Assembly (NCBI GenBank): GCA_950097015.1
Contig: CATNEN010000029.1
Coordinates: forward strand, 558,001-622,000
Reading direction: 5' to 3'
DNA: 64,000 nt
From: Macrostomum hystrix
Taxonomy: Eukaryota > Animalia > Platyhelminthes
A program made the position numbers and the translations under genes. Positions 51,500 to 61,648 of the stretch are shown here, one piece after another. Position 1 is the stretch's first letter. Every line of letters starts with the position of its first letter. A model generated the notes under the pieces. The model was not told where the DNA came from and did no database searches. It saw nothing but the letters and a program-made list of their open reading frames with translations.

Positions 51500-52084
51500 A
51501 CCCGCCTCATTTCCTCCTCAGTAGTCATAACTTTCTCTCCCACCGACTGCACCCTCTACCTCATTTTCTCTCCTCCATTCAGCTCCATCCACCACCTCAT
51601 TTTTTCTCCTCCATTCAGCTGCACCCACCACCTCATTTTCTCTCCGGTTGCACCCACCACCTCATTTTCTCTCCTCCATTCAGCCGTACCCAGCACCTCA
51701 TTTTTTCTCCGGTTGCACCCACCACCTCATTTCCTCTCCTCCATTCAGCTGCACCCACCACCTCATTTTCTCTCCTCCATTCAGCTGCACCCACCACCTC
51801 ATTTTCTCTCCTCCATTCAGCTGCAACCATCACCTCATTTTCTCTCCTCCATTCAGCCGTACCCAGCACCTCATTTTTTCTCCTCCATTCAGCTGCGCCC
51901 ACCACCTCATTTTCTCTCCGGTTGCACCCACCACCTCATTTTCTCTCCTCCATTCAGCCGTACCCAGCACCTCATTTTTTCTCCTGTTGCACCCACCACC
52001 TCATTTTCTCTCCTCCATTCAGCTGCACCCACCACCTCATTTTCTCTCCTCCATTCAGATGCACCCACCACCTCATTTTCTCTC
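51500..52084. repeat. About 36-bp pyrimidine-rich minisatellite; target site of the LTR element
   Basis: GCACCCACCACCTCATTTTCTCTCCTCCATTCAGCT units, interrupted at 52085 by the LTR start TGTAGAG. Confidence 0.88.
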
Positions 52085-52415
52085 TGTAGAGAGTTGTAAA
52101 ATACGTTTTTACTTAACGCGCTACTTAAAGTAATGTCACAAGGAAACCTTAGCTATAATGTTTAATCTATTTTTAGGAATGAGTCATGCGCTATTTTTAG
52201 AAACAAGTCATGTGACATGAAATCGGAGAACTGGTTCTCGACAGCTGTATTTACTTGAAGCAAACATGACTCATCGGTTTCTGCACCTGTATTTACACAA
52301 TATTCCAAATATGGTAATGTTCACCTGAAAACCCCCCAAAACGCAGCTGATCAAACAAGTCTGACCTCACTGTGCAAACATGTATGCCCAATGTAAACAC
52401 CCGGTAGTAGAACCG

Positions 52416-53849
52416 TCAGTCGCTTACGCTGGCCTCATCTGGGCCAGTGCCATGAGCATCCAGAAAAACCTGGAGGCGCTTTATAGGGTGCAGGGCAGAG
52501 CCTGTCGCATGACGCTGGGCGCCCCACCCTCCACTCCCTTTGAAGGCATGAACGCTTTCCTCAACGCTACACCCATTGACATTTTTGTTAAGGGGGAAGC
52601 GGCAAAGTCCACCCGTCGTCTCCTTGATGCGGGTGTATCCTTCCAGAATTCGCGAGCCTTCTCGAAGCGCTCCCTTCTGCCCCACTCTGACCTCTGCCTG
52701 AAAACTCTGGGCGAGTGCGGAGGGCTCACCATCCTTTCGGACGGGGCCCCGGCCACTTTACTCCGGAGCCACAGGTACAAAGTCAGCATCTTCCCTCGTA
52801 ATGAGGTAAAGGACTGCTGGGATGACCCCGCAGTCCACTGTTACACTGACGGCTCCCTGATGAACGGTAAATCGGGATTCGGGGTGTGCGTCGCCTCGGG
52901 TGGCGAGGTCCTCTGGACCCACTCCCAACACTGTGGCAAGAGCTCAAGCGTTTTCCAAAACGAAATGCTCGCCATCAGCTTCTGTGCGGCTGAGCTGCGC
53001 CAGAGGCAGCTGGCTGGTCGGAGGATCTTTTTTCACTCCGACAGTCAAGCAGCCCTCAAGGCCCTCAGTCGCTGCACCTCTCGCTCCAGAACCACCTTGG
53101 ACTGCAACAACCAGTTAAACGGTTTGGCGCAGTCTAACAAGGTGGAGCTGATGTGGATCCCTGGGCACGCCGGGCTCACAGGGAATGAGATGGCGGACGA
53201 GCTTGCAAAGGCTGGAGCAGCCAGCTCCCTGATGGGCCCGGGCCCGGAATCCCCGATCCCCGCCTCCGTTGTCAACTCCAGCATCAACCACTGGATGGAG
53301 ACCCAGCACCGGAGGAGGTGGTCCAGCACCCTGAACTGTCGCCAGTCCAGGGCTGCGGTGCCAACCCCCTCTAGTAACCTGCGTAAGGCCTTACTCAGGC
53401 TAAACCGCAGAGACCTGAGAGCAGTCACCATGGCCCTTTCGGGACATGGCTGCTTCACCAGACACCGCTACCTCCAAGGCCACGTGCCTGAGGAAACGTG
53501 TCCTTTCTGCTGCTCCGGCCGTGAAAACGCCGAGCATTTCATTTGCCACTGCCCGGCCTTCACCCGGGCTAGGCTAAAACACCTCGGGCCGGCACCGACT
53601 CTTGCCGAAGCCTGCTCGCCCGAGAACATCCCTCAGCTCGCCCACTTCCTCCGGGATACCGGCCGAGCTGATTTCTTCCCAGCCTATGGCGAGGAAGATC
53701 GCGCGGCGGAACCGACCGACGGACCACCCTGAGCGGCACCGCCTCGCTGGAGGCCGTCTGGCTGCCAGGGGTTAGCGATATGGGCGGCAACAGCCGCCTC
53801 CTCGCTGCGTCCGTCATGGAGGCCCCCTGCCGCTAAGTCAAGTAAGTCA
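52416..53849 (+). mobile_element. 5'-truncated non-LTR retrotransposon with RNase H (I-group, Loa/Lian-like) inside the 5' LTR
   Basis: Absent from the 3' LTR and flanked by AGAACCG at 52409-52415 and 53850-53856. The ORF has the post-RT segment, RNase H ([40 protein letters not shown]) and a CPFC..HFICHC zinc motif. Tail is TAAGTCAAG x2. Confidence 0.92.
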
Positions 53850-53876
53850 AGAACCGGTTTTTCCCCAAAATTTTAC

Positions 53877-53884
53877 TATAAATA
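53877..53884 (+). promoter_or_regulatory. Candidate LTR TATA box
   Basis: TATAAATA inside the LTR, also present in the 3' LTR; function inferred from position only. Confidence 0.45.
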
Positions 53885-54574
53885 CAAGCGAAAATCCGAG
53901 CTAAAAATTCAGACTCGGAGCGGTCCACCGGACTTCAAAACACCTTACGAAGAAGAGGACTCATCTCTGAGGGAAAGACAAGTGGTAAGCGCTTTATTAG
54001 ACAGAGTTATTTATTGCTAGCAATAGTTGTTGAATTGAACTAAGTTTACGAGAGCCACATATCGTCGATACATTTGAGAAAGGCCTCCTTGTTTCCTAGG
54101 ATACATTCCTAGAGGATTATTGATTGATTTGAATTGAGTTATCCGTTATCTTTCGGAGGTAACGAAGAAGACGCCCTTCAGGAGGACCTACTAGAGATAT
54201 ACAAGAGAGATTTCAATTGTTCACTAGGGCGCACGTTTCTATTGTGAATTCCGAGCTCGAGGAAACCGAAAAGTAATCTGATTCGCTCTCGTCATTTATT
54301 GGCCAACAGACAAACTCAAGCAGCTACCAGGAAGACAAAGAAGACAAGACTACAAAGACTCAAGAAGCAACAGAACCAATACTTCACGGTCGACCAGCAC
54401 AAGAAGAAGAACCGCCGGCTATCGAAAACCAAAGACTACAAACAACTCACTATCAAGGAAGAAGAAGAAACTGCAGTAAGTGTCACGTGACTGTTATAAA
54501 TTCCTAGGCAATTGTTCCCCATTGTCTAGAAGTGGGAGTTTCGTGTGTCTGATCAACACGCAAAACTCTTCAAC

Positions 54575-54585
54575 TGGTGATCTCG
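54575..54585 (+). other. Candidate primer-binding site (tRNA-Trp-like with two G-U pairs)
   Basis: TGGTGATCTCG two nt after the inferred LTR end; compare the canonical Trp PBS TGGTGACCCCG. Confidence 0.5.
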
Positions 54586-55108
54586 CCCAGGCCCTGCAAT
54601 CAAGCCCAGGCCGAGATACAAAACCATTTTTTGCGGTACCACTTTCGAATTGTTTTAACATAAAAAAGAAAAAAAAAAATTTTTTGCAACTTATTAATTT
54701 TGCTTTTGATTTAAAATAATCCACCGTTTCATAAAAATTTTGTTGCGTCATACCTCTGAAAAAATTTTGCTGTCCCTACCGGATATTGTTGCACATAAGC
54801 CACACGCGTCACTTCGCTCTATTGTTTGCACATCTGGGAATCGCGCGACTGAACTCACCGGCTCACATTTCAATAACCCCTTTTCAGCGTTAAAAGCGGC
54901 ACACGTTCCCTGCTTTGTATAAATTTTTCTCCCTTGTCCTGAGTAAATAATTCCTCTGTGTAAACCATTTTTCAATTTGCTGATACACACGCACACGCAC
55001 ACACACACACACTTTTTATTCACACTAAATCTTGTCAGAGAAGTCAATCTGGACGAACCCTTGAACATCGATCCAGAACTTGAATTATTTCCGTTCCCAG
55101 TTGCGAAT

Positions 55109-58100
55109 ATGGCACGAAGAAACTATCAGGTCCATCGTGACATTAAGGAAACGGTCGGAATGTATACAATGGATAAAGATTTCAACACATTCATTGATCA
55201 CTTTGATTTGGTCTCACGCGAATATGGATTACAGAATGCAGAGAAAGCACTCCTCCTACCTCCACTGTTACAAGGAACAGCTCGAGAAATCTATGGAAAA
55301 TTGACAGCTGCAGTACAACAAGATTATCAAGCTCTAGTTACCCAACTGAGAGCACAATTCGCACGGTGTGGAACAAACAGATCGGTACTCCTTCATAAAC
55401 TTCATAATCGAAAAATGAGTCCCACTGAGAGTTTTCTCACCTTTGTTGATGACATCCGTAAGATCATCAAAGCATTACATCAGCCTCCACCATTGGATCA
55501 AGGAGCGCAACCTATAGGACCTGCCGAATCAGCTGCACGAGAAAGACAACGTCTTGAAGACCGGGAACAAAGTTTAATACTTCATGTGATTAACAACGCA
55601 CAGCCTACTTTGCGAGATAGACTGCTGAGAGAAACTATTAACACAGAGGAACAATTGCTCCGTTGTGGAATGCAATGGGAAGCTAGCGCACCTCTTATGA
55701 CTACTCATAATAGTGACACGACACAACTAGCAGAACAATTAAGCAAACTCATGCAGCAACACCAAACTTCTGCTATTGTACCACAACAGCAGAGATATTC
55801 CTATCCACAACCACAACAGAGATACTTGCACACATCAACTTGTTACACCTGTGGAAGGATCGGTCATTATGCTAGAGACTGCAGATCACGTGGCAACCCA
55901 CGTTCATACAATGACAATAGACAGACCAATTGTACTCATCCTCCAAGACAGCCTTCAAACCGTAATTGGACAAATAGTCGACAACAAGATAGCAGACCAT
56001 CTAATGCCATCGTACCTTATCGTCAACAAAGAAATCCTCCACCTCCAAGACAACCAACGCAAGTCCGTCGACAATACACTCAAGCTATTGAGCCTGAATA
56101 CACTCAAACTATTGAACCAAAGTTCAAGATTGAAGATCTTATGCCAGACTTTTCTGTCAATGTTCTTGATGAACTTGAGAAACAAAAGAAGGAGCAAGAA
56201 ATCAATGACCTTCATCTGGACAACGATGGTGCAGCCTATATTACTATAATCGAAAGCGACCATTCGAAAGAGCCGCCCATGCCACAAAAGGAAACAGAGG
56301 ATACAGAAGAAAACAATTTTTACTACAACAATGAGTCAACACAGGAAATACAGAACGACAACACAAGCAACGACAGCAGCTGCATAATGGGTTCATTGTT
56401 TGAAGAATTATCGATTCCCTCGCCAAAAGAAAGTGTTGCCTTCAACACCTGTCAACACATTGAACGAAAACAATTACAACAACAAATCAAAGGATTATTC
56501 AAAATTCCAACGATGAGTGATCTTTCAAAAATTCTGCAAAACAAAGAAGGCATAGATGAATTGTCCACATCCACAGAAAGGAATAATGAGGACCACAGTG
56601 CGAAAAATTCACACAACACGTCTGAAGAAAACATCAGCATGCTACAAATTTTAGTCGATGACATCGACTTGACAGAGACACCGCCTTCGACACCCAAGTA
56701 CAAACCTGATCCCGAATACGAAAACATAACCCATGTCAATTCATCTGAAGGACAGAATGGACACGATAAAGCAGTGAATACCGAATCATACTACTCGAAG
56801 CACGATAGATCTTCTCAGACTAAAAGTGACTACAATACGTCGATGGAAAATGATGATGATCATATCTATGATGAACCAACAACGTGGATCGACATGAGAA
56901 CGGATACTACAAGTACCGTACTGCAAACTCTCAATACACCATTAACATTCAATATGAAACAACCAACCTGGTATAACCAACAAACCAGACCATCAGGATG
57001 CAACAACCCATGGCACTTTTCTATGCGCCTTACTCCACCAATTGGAGAGACAGAAGACCAACGATATTCAATAAACACCAATAAACCGACACCACCAACC
57101 AAAGTGAAGAAAAAGAAACGGCACATACTGATAAGATTGTTGTTTTCAGCCATCGTGATGTTGCTTCTCCCGACAGTTGTACCATCTTCAGTGCCCATGA
57201 TTTGCCCTACTGATGCCAACATCCAACCAGTCATCTACAAAATACCAACGGAAATCAAGTGCAGTTACTTTAAAACTAATCAAACAAAACCTATTCCATT
57301 AACGATCGATGTCTACAAAGCAAACACAAAGAAACATAGACAATATGGTATTATCTGTTTCCGAGATAAACATGAACTAGAAAAGGTTTGGTACATCCAA
57401 TGGAATCGCATCCGATTCTGGCAAACAGCACTGCCTGTCACACAAGAAGAATGCCTCCAGTGGAACCAAACATTATTTTCTAAAGATGGAGAACTTCATG
57501 CCGATGAGAAACTTGGAAACTCTCAACTCTTCAGGACCAAGAACAGTGCGAACGGTAGATATGTCCATTGGAACGAATACATATGGCCACGTTACACCAC
57601 GACAAACAGTTACTTGATCCGGAAAGTCTTGTTTTACCACAATCCATTTGAAAACATGGAATCTCTACAATTATCAATGGAAGATTGCAAGTACAACACA
57701 GGGTTCTCCGAAACAGCAAAACTCTGGAACGAAGCAGTATGGCAAGTACCGCTGGCTCCAACATATCATCAAAATTACAAATGGCAAATTGAACATCGAC
57801 ACAGCCCATACTATGAGATTACAGAATACCAACGACAGTACTTCGTTGCATGGAAAGTTGAACCGAATATTGATTGTAAATTCCAGAAGTACCATACAAT
57901 AAAAGGAAGTCTACTGTCAAATACCTTCCTTGCGAGTACGTCGGATTTTGCCCTAACTTTTCCAAAAAAAGCCAAGTATCTCCAAATTAACTGCAAGGAG
58001 AACTCTAAAAAACTTCTAGTGTCTGAACAAGAGATACCGCTCGAATTACGTGATATGGATGAGGATACCTTTATGAGACTGGTCAATGGTACTTATTCAA

Positions 58101-61100
58101 CAAGAACCAACACAGCTCGGAAAAAGAGAGAACTACAAAGACCATCAATGGTTTCTGCACGACTACTAGCGGCAAAACTCGCAGCAATGGAACATAACCT
58201 ACATAAAGAACTAAACTACTTGCACAAATCACTGATCCAACTGACTTGTAGAATGCACGAAACTGCACTTAACTATGCACGACAAAACTATTATGTCAAT
58301 CCAACGTCTACATTCAGAAAAATCACAGGGATTCAAGATGCTTTAGCTATCCCCATCTCTGGCCATCTGTTGATTTACAAATGTGTGCCACTGCATCATT
58401 TTAATATCTTGCCATCAAACACATCAACTACGTGCTACGATAAACCCAGAATCGAAGCTTACTACAATGGGAAACGAATTCAAGGATTTCTAGATACTGT
58501 GCACAATATAATTGTTGGAACTGCAATCCCGAGACCCTGCACTGACGCAGCCAACTATTTCAACATTAATAATAAACTACACAAGGTCTCAACAACTGGG
58601 CACATTACAAACATCACTGGTATGCAAGCTATTATCGACGAAACATACGAATTATCGGACCTACAGCTCAAGATAAATAAGACCACCTATAAACCATTTG
58701 GTGACATCAAACTTGACGAAATCACACCAGGATGGACAATTAATGATTTTCTTCAAGTTTTTATTGCCCAACGACAGATGATGAAAAAGCTCTTTACCCA
58801 ACACAACCAACAGGACAAAGAACAATCCTTTTCGACAGGATTCATCATACATAACGCAATAGGATCCTTTTGGTCGAATAGCCTTCTCGATTTACTCCAA
58901 GGAAAAGGAAGTTACTATCAGGGATTCATCTTCTCCAGTGCATGCATTGTATGGATTCACCTTGCACTAATGATCTTTATCACAGTAGTACGATGTGTAG
59001 CACGAGCCTATCCAGCAAAACAACGGATTTTCCAAATTGACAAACAACAAGAAACTACTACACTCAACGAAAAAATTGAAGAAACTCTACTACAAGATCA
59101 AAGAAAACAATTATTGCCAACAGCACCAGAACCAGAAGCATCAAATATTTACCCAAAAATTGAAATCAGAACAGCGAGACCACCGCCGAAATCTCCTCCT
59201 CTACCAACGGATCCAAAATGGCCAGCAAATTACATTTGCACCTTGCAAGCCAATATGGGTAGAGCGATGGCTCAAGTATTTATAAACAACATGCCCAGTA
59301 AAGCACTTCTCGACTCAGGAAGTTCAATCACAGTCATCACAAAAAGACTCTACGACAAATTGCAACTTCATATGCGACCTTCTTCAATCGCTGTCGCTGG
59401 AGCCGGAGGACATGCACTTAATATCCTAGGACAAGTGAATATATCACTTAAACTTGCAAACAAGCAACTTCTGGTACAAGCATTTGTTATTGACCATCTT
59501 CCAAGCCAAGATGTTATTATTGGAATCGACACATTTCGGCAAATGAATCTACCATTAACATTTGATTTTAACAAACAAACATTCAAACTGGACAATGTGG
59601 AACATCCTTTAGTCAGCCAAGTTCACCTTCAACCAAAAGTACATATTAAACAAGATGTCTTCATACAGCCGGAAAGTACATGTTGGGTTAAAGCATATCT
59701 CGCCAATCATGACGATGTCGAAGAAGCTATGATATTTGAACCAAGAAAGAAGATCCTCACAACAAAAGAAGTTTTAATACCAACGGCTCTAGTCCTTATC
59801 ACAAAGGAAAGAAACATCCCAGTACAAATTATAAATCCAAATCAACATCCAGTAAAAATTTATGCAGGAACATGCATGGGACATCTCAACACACAAGCTT
59901 CGGTAATGCTCATCCAACCAGACACAACAACAAAAATGTCTAAACAAAAATTCCTACAACAAATTGATCTTTCTCAAAGTCCAATCACTGAAGGACAAAA
60001 AACACAAGTTAAAGATCTATTGTGGAAGTATAACGACGTCTTCTGTCATCACGATTACGACATCGGATGTGCTCGAGATATCAAGCAAAAAATTGAACTG
60101 CTACCTCATCAAGAACCAATCCAATGTAAACCATATCCAGTCGCTAAACACCTACAGCAACACTTCGATGAAATCATAGAAAAAATGCTTAAAGCAGGAA
60201 TCATAAAACGTACCGTCTCAGCTTATTCTTCACCTTGCCTTCTTGTCGAAAAGAAAGAAACAAACGAAAGACGACTCGTCTGTGATTTCCGAGTCCTAAA
60301 TAAGTACATTCCCACCGATCAACAAAGTCTACCAAAAATCTCAGAACTGCTAGCACGACTCAATACGGCGACACTCTTCACCGTATTTGACCTACGACAT
60401 GGATTCTGGCAAATCGAACTTGAAGAAGAATCAAAACAATACACTGCCTTCAAAACTTACAAAGGAGAAGTTTTCGCGTATCAAAGAAGTCCAATGGGAA
60501 TCTCCAACTCACCAGCAACAATGAGCCGTCTTACAGCCTATATGCTAGCCGGATGTACAAATCTGCTTCACTATGTTGATGATATTCTTGCCTTTGGAAA
60601 TAACTTTGAACAACTAGTAAAAGTCATGGAACAAGCTCTCTTCTTACTCCGACAACAAGGTCTAAAACTGCAACCAACAAAATGTAAATTCTGCAGAGAT
60701 TCGGTCCGATATCTTGGACATCACGTCTCATCACGAGGCATATCACCTGACCCAAATAACGTCGACAAGGTCAAGAAGTTCCCGAAACCTACGTCAATTA
60801 CCAAACTGCAGTCATTCCTTGGACTAGCACAATATTTCCGAAAATTCCTACCTAACTTTGCACAAACGGCTAAACCATTGTACGAACTACTAAAAATTCC
60901 AAAGTGGAAAGAAGACAACTGGAAAGCGGAACAACAGGAAAGTTTCGATAGAATCAAACAACAACTAACTAGTGATGCTCTTCTCAAACACCCGAACTTC
61001 CACAAACCTTTTATCATAGAAACAGACGCATCAGGAAGCGGATTAGGAGCCGTACTACTTCAGGAAATGGAACCAAAGAAAGAAAAACCGATTGCTTACA

Positions 61101-61648
61101 TCAGCAGAGCGCTAAGACCAAACGAAACGAAATGGTCAGCCACTGAACGAGAACTACTAGCTGTTCTATTTGCTCTTCGACAATTCCATTACTACATCTA
61201 TGGATCACCACTGCCAACTATCATTCGCACAGATCATGCACCGCTGACTCACGTTGTTAAAACAAAAGGACAGACGAACAATAGACTCATCCGAATGGTC
61301 CTCAAAATACAGGACTACAACTTTCACCTGGTTTACAAACCAGGGCCAATGAATAAAGCCGCTGATGCACTGTCCAGAACATACGAGATCAATGCAGTTC
61401 ATCCAATTCCAACCATAAAAGACTTGTTGAAAGCACAACAAGACGATTCCTTTTACAAAGCCATACAAGAAGATACAGAAGAAACGGAAAATGAACTTAC
61501 AAAAATCGAAAAACAATTCTTACGAAAACACAAAAATAGTCTAGTTTTCAGAGAACTCGCACTCTACTGGGTGTACAACAATATTCCGCGACTGTACCCT
61601 ACACATTCCGTTCAGCGATCCTACACGAACTCCATGATAGTCCATTAG
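55109..61648 (+). CDS. Gag-Env-Pol polyprotein (Gag, Zn knuckle, acidic linker, glycoprotein, protease, RT, RNase H)
   Basis: Single stop-free frame. CCHC CYTCGRIGHYARDC 55841-55882; hydrophobic segment from 57122; RKKR 58118-58129; TM 58922-about 58998; LLDSGS (D at 59312); YVDD 60572; IIETDAS (D at 61025). Confidence 0.93.
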   Translation: MARRNYQVHRDIKETVGMYTMDKDFNTFIDHFDLVSREYGLQNAEKALLLPPLLQGTAREIYGKLTAAVQQDYQALVTQLRAQFARCGTNRSVLLHKLHNRKMSPTESFLTFVDDIRKIIKALHQPPPLDQGAQPIGPAESAARERQRLEDREQSLILHVINNAQPTLRDRLLRETINTEEQLLRCGMQWEASAPLMTTHNSDTTQLAEQLSKLMQQHQTSAIVPQQQRYSYPQPQQRYLHTSTCYTCGRIGHYARDCRSRGNPRSYNDNRQTNCTHPPRQPSNRNWTNSRQQDSRPSNAIVPYRQQRNPPPPRQPTQVRRQYTQAIEPEYTQTIEPKFKIEDLMPDFSVNVLDELEKQKKEQEINDLHLDNDGAAYITIIESDHSKEPPMPQKETEDTEENNFYYNNESTQEIQNDNTSNDSSCIMGSLFEELSIPSPKESVAFNTCQHIERKQLQQQIKGLFKIPTMSDLSKILQNKEGIDELSTSTERNNEDHSAKNSHNTSEENISMLQILVDDIDLTETPPSTPKYKPDPEYENITHVNSSEGQNGHDKAVNTESYYSKHDRSSQTKSDYNTSMENDDDHIYDEPTTWIDMRTDTTSTVLQTLNTPLTFNMKQPTWYNQQTRPSGCNNPWHFSMRLTPPIGETEDQRYSINTNKPTPPTKVKKKKRHILIRLLFSAIVMLLLPTVVPSSVPMICPTDANIQPVIYKIPTEIKCSYFKTNQTKPIPLTIDVYKANTKKHRQYGIICFRDKHELEKVWYIQWNRIRFWQTALPVTQEECLQWNQTLFSKDGELHADEKLGNSQLFRTKNSANGRYVHWNEYIWPRYTTTNSYLIRKVLFYHNPFENMESLQLSMEDCKYNTGFSETAKLWNEAVWQVPLAPTYHQNYKWQIEHRHSPYYEITEYQRQYFVAWKVEPNIDCKFQKYHTIKGSLLSNTFLASTSDFALTFPKKAKYLQINCKENSKKLLVSEQEIPLELRDMDEDTFMRLVNGTYSTRTNTARKKRELQRPSMVSARLLAAKLAAMEHNLHKELNYLHKSLIQLTCRMHETALNYARQNYYVNPTSTFRKITGIQDALAIPISGHLLIYKCVPLHHFNILPSNTSTTCYDKPRIEAYYNGKRIQGFLDTVHNIIVGTAIPRPCTDAANYFNINNKLHKVSTTGHITNITGMQAIIDETYELSDLQLKINKTTYKPFGDIKLDEITPGWTINDFLQVFIAQRQMMKKLFTQHNQQDKEQSFSTGFIIHNAIGSFWSNSLLDLLQGKGSYYQGFIFSSACIVWIHLALMIFITVVRCVARAYPAKQRIFQIDKQQETTTLNEKIEETLLQDQRKQLLPTAPEPEASNIYPKIEIRTARPPPKSPPLPTDPKWPANYICTLQANMGRAMAQVFINNMPSKALLDSGSSITVITKRLYDKLQLHMRPSSIAVAGAGGHALNILGQVNISLKLANKQLLVQAFVIDHLPSQDVIIGIDTFRQMNLPLTFDFNKQTFKLDNVEHPLVSQVHLQPKVHIKQDVFIQPESTCWVKAYLANHDDVEEAMIFEPRKKILTTKEVLIPTALVLITKERNIPVQIINPNQHPVKIYAGTCMGHLNTQASVMLIQPDTTTKMSKQKFLQQIDLSQSPITEGQKTQVKDLLWKYNDVFCHHDYDIGCARDIKQKIELLPHQEPIQCKPYPVAKHLQQHFDEIIEKMLKAGIIKRTVSAYSSPCLLVEKKETNERRLVCDFRVLNKYIPTDQQSLPKISELLARLNTATLFTVFDLRHGFWQIELEEESKQYTAFKTYKGEVFAYQRSPMGISNSPATMSRLTAYMLAGCTNLLHYVDDILAFGNNFEQLVKVMEQALFLLRQQGLKLQPTKCKFCRDSVRYLGHHVSSRGISPDPNNVDKVKKFPKPTSITKLQSFLGLAQYFRKFLPNFAQTAKPLYELLKIPKWKEDNWKAEQQESFDRIKQQLTSDALLKHPNFHKPFIIETDASGSGLGAVLLQEMEPKKEKPIAYISRALRPNETKWSATERELLAVLFALRQFHYYIYGSPLPTIIRTDHAPLTHVVKTKGQTNNRLIRMVLKIQDYNFHLVYKPGPMNKAADALSRTYEINAVHPIPTIKDLLKAQQDDSFYKAIQEDTEETENELTKIEKQFLRKHKNSLVFRELALYWVYNNIPRLYPTHSVQRSYTNSMIVH
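57122..59000 (+). other. Env-like class III (herpesvirus gB-like) glycoprotein domain within the polyprotein
   Basis: Signal/anchor segment, Cys-rich ectodomain with about 6 N-x-S/T sequons, furin-type RKKR, gB-like NP...G..L.I.KC and CY.KP.....G.L...N.I......PC motifs, C-terminal TM. Confidence 0.8.

Larger units (their letters stand above)
52085..54572 (+). repeat. 5' LTR (about 1,047 bp native, interrupted by a LINE insertion)
   Basis: 52085-52415 matches 63202-63532 and 53857-54324 matches 63533-64000. The end is inferred at ...CTCTTCA (54572), just before a TGG PBS candidate. Confidence 0.85.

Noticed and set aside
51436-52133. His/Pro/Ser-rich ORFs
   Set aside because: Minisatellite translations open in all three frames.
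56209-56250. Vestigial second protease site LHLDNDGAAYITII after Gag
   Set aside because: Only a loose resemblance to LLDSGA-SIT, with wrong spacing and no flanking protease motifs.
61585-61600. Programmed -1 ribosomal frameshift before integrase
   Set aside because: No XXXYYYZ slippery site, and this is not a usual recoding position for gypsy elements.
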